A stretch of DNA of 57,495 bases, counting the filler, from Bipalium vagum (Eukaryota): the NCBI GenBank assembly GCA_037834085.1. It is 3 parts of 3 records of this genome, joined end to end, with 100 filler letters (N's around TTAATTAATTAA, not from the genome) between each part and the next. Parts side by side here need not be neighbours in the genome. Positions count along the whole stretch, not along the records: positions 37,576 to 57,495 come from JBBMKC010264280.1; 2 more parts are not named here. One strand, written 5' to 3'. The position numbers and the translations under genes were made by a program. Positions 43,011-54,419 of this stretch are shown here, piece by piece. Under the pieces are notes generated by a model, which did not search any database, was not told the DNA's origin, and saw nothing but the letters and a program-made list of their open reading frames with translations. Positions within the stretch are counted from its first letter, which is position 1, and the number at the start of each line of letters is the position of its first letter.

Positions 43011-43092
43011 GTTAAGTTTTGATATTTTTGCAATATCGATTGTGTATTTATACTTGAAAAATGCACACAAGGGACGATGTAATCACGGGTAT
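43011..43092 (-). promoter_or_regulatory. Conserved core promoter of copy 1
   Basis: TACCCGTGATTACAT.GTCCCTTGTGT...AAGTATAAATACACA...AAAACTTAAC-ATG, shared by all four copies. Confidence 0.65.
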
Positions 43093-44089
43093 TAAATCAT
43101 TGTTCATTTTTAAAAAAACAAACTGGTTGATTGTAAAATATTTCTGAAACTTGGCTGTTTCAATTGTAATTATTGGACATTCATAATAGTTGAAAGACTT
43201 TCTATAGAGGACCGTTTGGAAATACTTCATTTATACTTAAATTCAGCACCTTTTTTGATTATATTGAATATTCTGTGGTTTTATTATAGGAAATGAATAT
43301 TTCTTTTTTGGTAAAAATTTTATTAATTCTCATTTATCCTTTCCATATTTTCTTAATATTTAATTATGAAAATATTTTTGGTATTTCTCAAATTTTAAAA
43401 ATATTTTTAGAGGGGTACAATTTATGTCTTAAAAAGCCAACTTAAATCGTTTTAATAATTTTTAGTTGATATATAATCCTTTAAAAATAAATATTTTACA
43501 AAAAAAGCTTTTAAAAGCAAAAAATATTTTTACAATTTTTGAAAACCAAATTTTTAAAATTTAAACCTTTGAAATCACATTTAAAATCAATTTATGGTAT
43601 GTCTTCAAATTTACACTATTTATGACTAGAATGCTTATTGATTGTTTACGTTAACATTGTTTGAATAAAAACAAAATGATACTCAAAATTTAGGTCTCTT
43701 ATATAAAAAACGAAAAACAAATCCAACTAAATTTATTTAAACCAATTTTTCCATTCTTAAAAATATTACTTGTTATATTATTGTCTTAAAACAATTAATT
43801 TTGATTTTCCCGAAAAAGATTTATTTGATTTCATTTGTTAATTTCTTTTCTCTTTCTTTTGCCTTTTGAATTACTTTTCTTTCTCTTGTTAATTTTCATG
43901 TTCCTCTCTTCACAATATTTCTAGATTATCTACTATTTCTTGTTGAAATAAAACTTCATCTTTATTTAAAACCGTAAAGATTTAATCAAAAGATAATATT
44001 AACACAATTGTAATAGGGAAAAGTATTTATACTTATAAACAAAAAAGATAAAACATTAGTATTTTGATTAAAAGAAATGTTTCTTTTTA

Positions 44090-44730
44090 CAGAGAATTTT
44101 TCTGTAATTCTTTCTCATAAAATCACCCAATAATATCTATCTCCCATTGAAATCAATAATTCCATATACAATTGGTTTGAAATAATAAAATTTATTTATA
44201 ATAAATATTTTATTTCTCCATTTTGGTGCATTCTATTTTCAAATTTATTTTTATATTTAAAGTTTCTACTTGGCTTCCTATATGGTATTTGGATTTTTAA
44301 GTTAATTGAGAAAAATTATTATTTTCAGGTTTTCCTTCTTTGTTCTGAATTTCCGATTGATTCTTGAGGAGACATACCAATTGAATTATGAATTTTGTTA
44401 TTATAAAAATTAATGAATTTATGCAATAAATTTATTCTAATCTCCGTTTAATTGCTATGGAATTGTTTTAAATATTTAATTTTTCAAAGTTTTATTAAAT
44501 CTTTCAATGAAAACTGCTTTTCCTTCATTTCTATTTGAGTAAGTTTCTATTTCGTTTCCATCACAAAAATCGTCCAATATTTGATTTTAAAGTTCTGTAT
44601 CTTTATCAAACAAAAGTCTTTCGGATTTTCTTTGACGATAGTCTTTAAATCTATTATCAAAAGAATCTGTTACAGATTTTCCAGTTTTATTTTTGAAATG
44701 AGCAGAAAAAAGAAATCTAGTGTATAGTGG
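44090..44730 (-). pseudogene. Polinton/Maverick integrase remnant
   Basis: KNKTGKSVTDSF..LLFDKDTEL..IETYSNRNEGKAVFIERFNKTLK..YNNKIHNSIGMSP..KPIVY.I.D.NG..FYEKELQK, with stops and frameshifts. Confidence 0.88.
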
Positions 44731-44949
44731 AGATCTGAATATTTTTCCTGAATTGTTTTTATTTTGTAATTTCTTGCTGTGTTTTTATTGTTCTAGATGT
44801 TAATTTAGTCATTAATGATGTTATTTTATCGTTGTTATCATTAATTTTTCGTTTATTTTTTGTGATTATTGTTTCTTCATGATGATATTTTTTCAAGTGT
44901 TTTATTCGGTAATAACTGCCAAAATAATCCAGTTTCAGCGTTATTAAAG

Positions 44950-45638
44950 ACATTATTTGAATCATATTTTTCGCTTGCATCTTGTAGTATGTGCTGCTAC
45001 CACTTATTCGAATTTCTCGAGACATTCATTACTTGCTGTAAATTTATCAATTTTTAAGACATCTGCAAGTTCTCTTGGATTTTCTTGTAGCAACTGACCA
45101 TCGATAGGAACGTTCTGACCTTTGCATTTTTAAAACTATATCAAAACAACCTCGTTCAAGTTTAGAAATTCTAGTCGTTTAATTATGGTACGCTTCATTC
45201 CTTTTCTATTAGCTAATGCAGACCTGATAGGCGATTTAGCTTTTATAATTCCAAGTGCGCTGGTGAACATTAAATCGCTTAGTAATTTCATTGTGACTTG
45301 TATTCATTTCTGTAGGTTGTATGATCGGTTTTCTAATTAAATTGTTATTTTGTCTTTTATCTTTGCTTTGATTGAATATTTGGTTGATTTTGTCGAAAAT
45401 TATTTAATTAACACAGTAATCAATAAAAATTAACGTATTTTCCATTTATATAAGTAGTACAGATTTGGTTTTAAAGTGTGATATTTGAGTGTGATTTTTA
45501 GAAAATAGAAAAATATATTGTTTATTTATAAATGTCATCTTAGAGTAGTGCTTTTACGACAAAATATATTTCTTTTTATCGGTATTTTGATCTCCTGTCA
45601 TCTTGGAGAGAATATTATCTTAGAGAAGTTCGACTGTA
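44950..45638 (-). mobile_element. pogo/Tigger 5' remnant
   Basis: Minus-strand TA-CAGTCGAACTTCTC TIR; NVPIDGQLLQENPRELADVLKIDKFTASNECLEKF resembles a CENP-B-type HTH. Confidence 0.75.
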
Positions 45639-45774
45639 TTTCAGATTGATTAAACATTTCCAAATTATTAAATGTTCTATCATATTCACTTTTGAATAAT
45701 TGCAATTTCTATTAAATAATTAAATCTTTTTTATATGGAAATGGAGCAGTCCGATTAATAATATTATTGGCGAA

Positions 45775-45808
<34 letters not shown>

Positions 45809-46429
45809 CATAACTGTTTAGCGAAAATATATTATTTATCTCTCCTATTTCTTCTTCTGTTAAATAGTTTAAATCAATGGTTTTCTTTAAAAAAGTATTT
45901 AATTAAGATTTCCGATTTCCTCTTTGTATAAATAAATAAAAAGTACCTGTTATTTTTGTAAAATTAAAAAGTTTTTTCAATTTTGTAATTATTTAAAATT
46001 TTATTTATTTTTGAAGAAAATTGACTTTAAACTTTTCTCAACTACACAAAATATACCCTGTTTGTAAATACATCTTTTAAGGTGAGCAGTTTTTGTCTTC
46101 ATTTTTGGGGGAAACAAAAGTTGGGGTACAAACAGAGTACCTTTTGTGTAAGCTCTCTTAGATTGAGAATACCATTCTTTTAGGAGTTACTTTTGTACTC
46201 GGTTTCCCCTAATTATTTAATCCTAAAATTGACACAAATAATTTATCACATCGTCCAATACCATTTCTATGATTATTAAATTATTGACTTTGGCAGTTTA
46301 CTACAAAGTTAAATAATACTTAATGGCATCTGGTATTCTGGGATCTTTTGAAAATTAGTATGATTAATTAGTTAATTAATTAATTAATTAGTCATCTATT
46401 ACAAATGAATCCAATAAGAACACAGCGAT

Positions 46430-47030
46430 TGAGGTTAAAAAATATTTATTATCACAATTACAATTTCTATGAATAACTTTTTTCTTGGTCTTCTATTATT
46501 AAATAATCTTTTTCATGAAGGAGTTCAAAAGTTTTATAAACTCTTCATAAGTTATGTCGAGAATAATGGGACGATATATAAAGACAACACTAGGAAGATT
46601 ACCTTTTCCGATGCTGCCCTGTTGTTCTATCGACTCCTATTCTGACAATAGAATCGTCATTGAACGATAAAAGTAATCATATAACAAAATATCTAATTTT
46701 TATCATCAATCTGCAAAATATCGATTGTCAATAACGAGTGTAGAATCCACGACACTGCATGACACTGTAAACTTTTCGTGTCATGGAGGAAATTATTGAA
46801 TGACGGAATGAATTGCTACTGATCAAATCAATCACATTTGTTGTAGTCGAAGGAACAGGTCATCAGCACTTTCAGGTGGTTTAGGATCGTTCCTTATATT
46901 AGTTTTCATAATGACTCAACAATTTTCAATCTTATTTAAATCTGAACTGTATGGTGGTACATTAAAAACGTGGATATTATTGGCTTGCTACCAATGGTTT
47001 GTAAGTCGAGCATTATGGACCGGACTATTA
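46430..47030 (-). mobile_element. IS630/Tc1-like transposase remnant
   Basis: FNVPPYSSDLNKIEN resembles PPYSPDLNPIE; a decayed DNxPVH lies upstream. Confidence 0.55.
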
Positions 47031-48068
47031 TTTTGTATTTTGGATTATGTGATTTGCATGAAAAAGATTTTTATTTGCGTATTACTCTGATCTTAAATTA
47101 TTTAAGGGAAATTTTTTTTCTGTAAAAAGTACAAAGGTTAATTATTTCTCCTAGAATTATATTACTTTGTTGTGTTACATATTTCTTCGGTATACTTCTA
47201 ATTCGCTCCCTAAGACAATCTGGTGTAAATATACAAATGCTCACTTCCTCCATCGCAGAAATAAACGAAAGTTCAAGTTATACATTCAAAAATAATTTTA
47301 AAAAAGGGTAAATATAAATTTAATATTTAATACTTCAAATAACGAACACGTTAAGCCAATGAATTCAAACCATTTAACAAAAGACAAATTAAAATAATAT
47401 AATAATCTTTTTCATATGATAAATGCTATGGAACACCTAACAACTCAACTAATAATGAAATTCAACTAAAACTTTGTGTGGATCATGGGATACAACTACT
47501 TTTTACTGTGTCTTTTATACCAATGATGCATACAAAATATGAACCATATTCCTTTCCATTATTAATAGCAGCCAAAAGAAGTAATATTATTTATATTTAT
47601 TTATTTCAGTACTCATTTTGAAATTTCGATTTTGGAACTTGGGAGATTAAATAATGAGATTTTGTTGAAAACTGTACAATACATTTTGTGTCAATTTCAT
47701 AAACTGAAAAGATATTCTGGCGTTCCCTTAGCTTAACACCTGCACTCCGTAAAGCAGAAGCCTCACATTTACAACGATTTTGGTATGAAAGATTTAAAGG
47801 TAACGATTTTATACGAGAGGATTCGACATTTCAAAGGACTTGACAAAGGTAATGTCAAATAAAAAGAAATCATTTAATACTTTATAACCAATAGTTAATT
47901 TTTGAAAGAAATCGATTTTGAAACGATAACATTTTTACACTTTATTTAACATAAAACATCTCTTTACCAAGACTAATTAAATGGAATCTTTACGTCTTCG
48001 ACTACTCCACAGAAAACTAGAAAGAAAAAAACAGTTAAATTCTTTGCCAAATTTTATTAAATGTTTTA

Positions 48069-48293
48069 TTAGGCTTGTTCTTCCACAACTTCTTCAACTG
48101 TCTCTGCAGCAGTAACTTCAGTGGTTTCCTCAGTAGCTTCTTCAATAACTTCTTCATTAACTTCTTCAGAAACAGTTTCAGAGACCTCGCTGACTACGTT
48201 CTCAGTTTCTTGAACGATTTCCTTTTCTTCGACTTCAGTCACTTCGACGTTCTCAACGACTTCGGAAACGATTTCAGAAACTTCGTTAGTCAT
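48069..48293 (-). CDS. Small acidic E/V/T-rich protein, copy 2 (74 aa)
   Basis: Intact ORF, synonymous and in-frame differences from paralogues, TATA upstream, AATAAA overlapping the stop. Confidence 0.8.
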   Translation of the reverse strand: MTNEVSEIVSEVVENVEVTEVEEKEIVQETENVVSEVSETVSEEVNEEVIEEATEETTEVTAAETVEEVVEEQA

Positions 48294-48376
48294 GTTAAGT
48301 TTTGATAATTATCGCAATGACGATTGTGTATTTATACTTGAATAGTGCACACAAGGGACAATGTAATCACGGGTAT
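48294..48376 (-). promoter_or_regulatory. Conserved core promoter of copy 2
   Basis: Same ~83-bp block with TATAAATA. Confidence 0.65.
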
Positions 48377-48748
48377 GCAATCATTGTTCATTTTAACAAA
48401 CAGCAGCTGGTTGATTATAAAATATTTCTGAAGCTTGACTATTTCAATTTGAATTATTGGAACATTCATAATAAGTGCAAAACTTTCTTTAGAGGACCGT
48501 TTGTAAATAGTTCATTTATACTTAAATTCAGATTTTTAAATTGAATTATGAACAAAACAATAAATCGTGAAATCAGAATTTATCTCTGACTCAAAAAATG
48601 AGATCTTGACTACATTATTATAAAAATACGGAAGCATCCTAAATTCACTTCACCAATTATTGTCAATTCCTGATTAACACAATCTCTAAATTCTAAAGTT
48701 AGTTTGCAATCGGTTGAGTGAGTGTTTGATGAAACCGACAGTGATATA

Positions 48749-48831
48749 ATACCCGTGATTACATTGTCCCTTGTGTGCATTTTTCAAGTATAAATACACA
48801 GTCGTCATTGCAAACATTATCAAAACTTAAC
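48749..48831 (+). promoter_or_regulatory. Conserved core promoter of copy 3 (TATAAATA at 48789-48796)
   Basis: Same ~83-bp block; TATA starts 43 nt before the ATG. Confidence 0.65.
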
Positions 48832-49056
48832 ATGACTAACGAAGTTTCTGAAATTGTTTCCGAAGTCGTTGAGAACGTCGAAGTGACTGAAGTCGAAGAA
48901 CAAGAAATCGTCCAGGAAACTGAGAATATAGTCAGCGAGGTCTCTGAAACTGTTTCTGAAGAAGTTACTGAAGCAACTGTTGAAGAAACCACTGAAGTTG
49001 CTGCTAAAGAGACAATTGAAGAAGCAGTTGAAGTTGTGGAAGAACAAGCCCAATAA
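48832..49056 (+). CDS. Small acidic E/V/T-rich protein, copy 3 (74 aa)
   Basis: Intact ORF, head-to-head with copy 2; AATAAA overlaps the stop. Confidence 0.8.
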   Translation: MTNEVSEIVSEVVENVEVTEVEEQEIVQETENIVSEVSETVSEEVTEATVEETTEVAAKETIEEAVEVVEEQAQ

Positions 49057-50795
49057 AATATTTAATAAAATTTTGCACATAATTATTTCGCTTTTATTAT
49101 GTTTATTTTGTGATTTTTTAAATTATCAAATAAATATGGCACGGGTAATCGAATCACATTATTTGAATGTGTAAAATATATATTCAAATGATTTTTGAAA
49201 TTGCGCGGTTTTAATGAATGTTGTTTTACTATGTTAAAAATTCTCTGCGAAATAATATTTTCCTGTTTAAAGACATTAGTTTTAAGATAGTGTGTCCGTA
49301 GTTAGGGCATTTGTAAGTTAATAATACAACAATAATAAATGAGCTCACTGACAATGTGTTTATAAAGAAGATACGCTTTCTGTAGCCATGATAAATAGTA
49401 AAGAAATATTTTTTGTAAATTTTTCATTTGAACAATTTTAAATAATATATTTTTATTGGTTATTATGCAAAATATTTTGATAATCATCCAATGTTAGCGG
49501 TTAATTTAAAATACACCAGTTGAAAAAAGTTGATCGAGGATGTAAAATAGCTTCTGCAAATCAAAATTTTACTCTTAGACTTGATGATTCTTTAAATTTT
49601 GCATCGTGTCCATTATAAAAGTACAATTTGGATTTCTATATATAAAAGGATATTTTCCACATTATTTTAATACAACAAAAATCAAGGTTTTACGATATAT
49701 GGTTATGATTAAATGGGTTAAAATCCGTCTTTGAACAATTTGTTTATATGCATCTGGGAGACATTAAATATAGATAAAAGTTTAACACAAATTCTTTTGA
49801 AATCTTTATTTTTCATATAAATAAATATTTATGAAATCTTATTAAAGTATTATTAAGTTATTAAAAATTTTTAATGCATATAAACAAATTGTCCCAAAGA
49901 CGGTTTTAATTAATTAAATTAAATGTATTACAACTGAAAAAATACAAATTATTAAAACTATGACTGATGAAACATTATAAAATAATGAAATTTGTACTTT
50001 TACAAACCAAAGATTTTATTATTTAACAGATGTTATGATTTCAGCTGAGTGTTGTTTAATTTATAGTGATTAATGTTTCAATATACAACAAAATGGTCCT
50101 TTCCAATATATGACAATTGCAAAAATTTGTACAAAGATATTTATGCCAATGATAAATATTAAAATACTTTGAATTCCGAGATACAATAACTTTATATGCG
50201 ATGTATATTCTTATAAATTGGTTAGCATATTTAAGTACAATTAATAATAAGCAAATTCGCGATGCAAAAGGAGGAAAAAGACTTAATATAATAAGTCATA
50301 TAAAGTTGTTATATTTAAAAGTTCAACGATTGTCTTAAACGTTAATAATGAAAAAAAATTTTTCATGAAGCTGAAAACGTTTCTAAACCTGTGTCTGAAA
50401 TTGTCGAACCGCGACGGGTTCTGAAGAAATTGTTGAATATACTGAAGTATTTTCTAAAGACGCCTTTTTATAGATTTTCTCCCAGCCAATAGAAGCTTCT
50501 ACATGCTTATGCTGCCTCGCAAGCATCAGGAATATCATTTTCTCCTTTTTTTCAAAAGATAATGGAGCACTGAGCCTTTTACGATGATCTCATCTCGAAT
50601 GCATTTGATTTAGCTTAATAATTAATTCGCCTTCTTTCATCTAACTTTAACTAATTCTCTCTATACTCCCCTTTTCATTCACTAATGAAGCAATTCTTGT
50701 AATTAACATAACAAAAAACCACACCACTAAAATTTTACTTTGTTTTCACATCATACCACTCGTTGTTATCATTGCCACACTTATTACTCTTATTA

Positions 50796-51019
50796 TTGGG
50801 TTGGCAACTAAGTTTGTGCGCTTTTTAATATAAAAATTTTTCAAACTAATATATTAAAAAATTATATTAAAAATTAAAATATATTAAAAATTTAGTGGAA
50901 AGATGGCAGAAGGTTATTCTTAATAATGGTGAAGATATCATTGATTAAAACTGTTATTATCAATAAAATTTATGGTTCTCATTTCTTCTGAAAAAGCGCA
51001 AACTTAGTTGCCAACCCAA
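50796..51019 (+). mobile_element. Mariner deletion derivative (MITE)
   Basis: TIRs TTGGGTTGGCAACTAAGTTTG / CAAACTTAGTTGCCAACCCAA, TA on both sides, internal NLVERWQKVILNNGEDIID* (transposase end). Confidence 0.9.
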
Positions 51020-51639
51020 TATTCTTTTTTGTTATTGACGATTTCATGTTTAACCAGCAAACTGAGTTTCATAAAAAAAGTGCAGATTATTGCATCATAT
51101 GAATAAATAAACAAATATAATGACAAGAATGAAATATAATAAATTTCGTTAATTTTTTTCCTTTGGTTAGTGGGTACAACAAGGGGTGATTTGTTTAACT
51201 TAACAAATTAAATCATTTTATTTAATTTAATCAATTTATCCAATTTTGTTATAACATTCAATTTTATCACCAATCTTCTTTAGTGTTACGCAATTGTTAT
51301 CATTACTAGAAGTTGATACATTTCATTTCATCAAATCACAACAATTTATCATGAGAATTTCAATTTATTCGTTTTACAAGATTGTAATTAGACTTGAAAA
51401 TAGTGATAATAGCAGATGGCGCTGTAGATCATGTAAAAATGTAGTATATTTAGGCATTCTATTTTCGAACAAACGAAACTAACAATATCTACAAGTCTAA
51501 GTGTTAATCATTATTATTGTGTAGGAACAAAAATTTCTCATATAGCTAACGTATTAATGTTACAAGAAAATTTGTTTCAAAATTTATTAATAAAGTTCAA
51601 TCTCCAGTCGAGTCTTAATTTCTAAGGGAAATTTGCGAA

Positions 51640-52090
51640 ATCAGCAGGTCATTTCATAGATGAAATTGATGAGATCCACTTGATAAGTTTAAGAAATTCT
51701 TGTGGACGAATTTAAAAAGATGCATACCACTGGGTTTTCGGATGTATTGAAAGAAATCCCAGTGAAATTCGATTTCAAATATGTAGAAAAAAGTCCAAAG
51801 AAATTTGTAAGAATTTCATTTTAAATAACATTCATAGTTCAGCCTAATTAATAACAAATTACTGGCATGGTTACAAAGGATTATTTAAATTTCATTATTT
51901 ACAATGCACTGAAAATTATTGATTTAATTTTATTTAATCAAACGAATTTGAGAACAGTTAAAAAGAAAATTCGGAAGACAAATGATTTTGATTTGATTAA
52001 GAGGAATATTAAACGATTTTAACTTTTTCATAATTTTGGTCTCAAAGCACCATCTGAAAAATTTAAAATGTTGATTGAAATTAATAAAAT
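51640..52090 (+). mobile_element. Merlin/ISXO2-like transposase remnant
   Basis: EIDE, HWVFGCIER and ITNYWHGYKGL (resembles ITDxWxGY). Confidence 0.7.
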
Positions 52091-52615
52091 GTATTAGTTA
52101 TTAATTACATAATATTCATGAGTAATAATCAATAATCTTTTTCATATACCATTTTTACTATACTTTTTAACCTTCGTTGTCATAGAAGTACAAATGTTAA
52201 ACAAAATGTCCCATTTCGTACTCGGCTACCACAATTAAACTGAGAAAGGAAATTGTTGACAGTTGATAAATTAAAATCAAAATTATATGAAAATTTGAAT
52301 TAAAATTAAAGAAATAAAAATGAGAAGTTCTGACTGAGAAAATCAAAGAATAAGTAAATTTAAGAAAAAGAATAAAAAAATTCAAATAAAAATATTCAAA
52401 ATTAAACTTGTAACCAGAGCCTATATTCAAATAAAGTTTACACAAAATTCAAAGGAAGTTATAATAAAATAATTGGGAATTTAATTCTTCTTAACACAAC
52501 GACATTAATTCTGAAACAACCACTTTAACAGTCAGAAACATTTTAAATCAACTTTGAAAATTTATCAAAACTCGGTGAAAATATTAACAATAAAAAATGT
52601 AAAGGCATTAAATTT

Positions 52616-52828
52616 TTATTGATCTTGCACTACAACGTTTTCTACTGTCTCTTCAGCAGCAACTTCAGCGGTTTCCTCAACAGTTTCTTCATTAGCTTCT
52701 TCAGAAACAATTTCAGAGACCTCACTGACTACGTTCTCAGTTTCTTGGACGATTTCCTTTGCTTCGACTTCAGTCACTTCGACGTTCTCAACGACTTCGG
52801 AAACAATTTCAGAAACTTCGTTAGTCAT
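52616..52828 (-). CDS. Small acidic E/V/T-rich protein, copy 4 (70 aa)
   Basis: Intact ORF, conserved promoter, AATAAA overlapping the stop. Confidence 0.8.
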   Translation of the reverse strand: MTNEVSEIVSEVVENVEVTEVEAKEIVQETENVVSEVSEIVSEEANEETVEETAEVAAEETVENVVVQDQ

Positions 52829-52911
52829 GTTAAGTTTTGATAATGTTCGCAATGACGATTGTGTATTTATACTTGAATAGTACACACAAGGGACAATGTA
52901 ATCACGGGTAT
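52829..52911 (-). promoter_or_regulatory. Conserved core promoter of copy 4
   Basis: Same ~83-bp block with TATAAATA. Confidence 0.65.
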
Positions 52912-53099
52912 TATATCACTGTCGGTTTCAGCAAACACTCACCCAACCGATTGCAAACTAACTTTAGAATTTAGAGATTGTGTTAATCAGTAATTGACAA
53001 TAATTGGTGAAGTAACCGACATTCTTATTTTGATTTTGGATTTGCTTATTATACTTTTCATAATATTTGCATAATTTGTTCAATAACACCAATGGACCT

Positions 53100-54330
53100 T
53101 AGTCTGCGAATGCTTTAGTATTATTTTTTTCCACAAAAAGATTTATCTTCTAGAATATGTTAAGTTACAACTGCACCATTTAAAGATAAATTTCCTTGTT
53201 GATCTTTGAAATCAAAACAAAATACAGAATATAAATTTTTATAATCTAATAAACTTAGTTAAGGGTTATTATTAAAATATTTATATAATATTAATAATAT
53301 ATATTATAATATTTAATAATTTAAACGCTTTTACATAATTTGAACAAGTTCTATTATTCTCACCCTTTTCAACTTGAATTGGAATTAAAGGTTAATAAGA
53401 ATCATTCACTTGTATTCTTAAAGATTTAATTTTATCTTGAATAAATGAACTATTATTTTTATTAAAATAAAATTATGATTCTCTAAAAGTAATAAAAATA
53501 GAAAATCGTTTATTTGGTACATTGTATAATTGTAAAGTTTGTCTTGTACATTCTGTAAGATTTCTTTCTTCACCATGTGTTGATAAGAAATATATATATA
53601 TATAGTTTTTTCATCATCAGTTCTTGAAAGTAATTCTAGTTCTCTACTCGGGTTTTATTGTAATTATGGAATAAATGGATTTAAATCTATTAATTTTTTT
53701 GTCAAACTAAGTTGTACTAGACTTTGAGATATCTCCTTTTAGTCCATAAAACATTTCTGAATTAATATCAATTTTTCTTGTAATTGTTAATTCTCCTTGC
53801 ATATTATAAACAACTCTTAAAAAATTGTAAAATAACCAAAGATCAATTTTAATGGAAAATCACCTATACATTTATTATTTGAATACAAACTTTTTCTTTC
53901 ATTGAATTTTCTTTAATTTTATCTGGTATCAAACCAAATATTCGTCCATCATTATTTTCATCAATTATTACAAAATTTTTAATAGAATTTGATGGTGCAA
54001 CATTTCAATTGTTTCTACATCAGTTGAACCTAATTTTAAGGATGTATTAGGAAATAAATATAGAAAGAAGTTATTCTATAACATAGTATTTTCATCCGCT
54101 TTTATATCTTTAATTTGAATTTCAGAAACCATAATTTGTTTTGATAAATTTTAGACATTTGCTAATTGTAATAAAGAAAAGTTAGATTTCCATTATTATT
54201 TAAATTGATTGAAGTTATTAAATTTAAAGATATTTCTAAATAAATCACACTTTCTTGATGTCTAGTTTTGAAGATAATAATTTTTATCTATATCTAATTT
54301 TCACATTTTTATTAGAAAAAAATTGAAAAA
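53100..54330 (-). pseudogene. Polinton/Maverick major capsid protein remnant
   Basis: NNFFLYLFPNTSLKLGSTDVETI, FPLKLIFGYF..VVYNMQGELTITR, IQVNDSY*P, DYKNLYSVFCFDFKDQ, in the order expected for a Polinton MCP. Confidence 0.72.
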
Positions 54331-54419
54331 ATAAAAATATATTTTTAAAATACACTTGGTATTATCGGGAAATACAACCTCAGAATGCTGAAGGCACTTT
54401 CTTTATTATTTCTCTGACA

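Noticed and set aside
46362-46391. TTAA run resembling the assembly spacer
   Set aside because: Not flanked by N; an ordinary low-complexity repeat.
48075-52840. Antisense F/N-rich ORFs and GTG/TTG-extended starts of the acidic genes
   Set aside because: Antisense ORFs are mirrors of GAA/GTT codons. The extensions run through the TATA box and are not conserved in sequence between copies.
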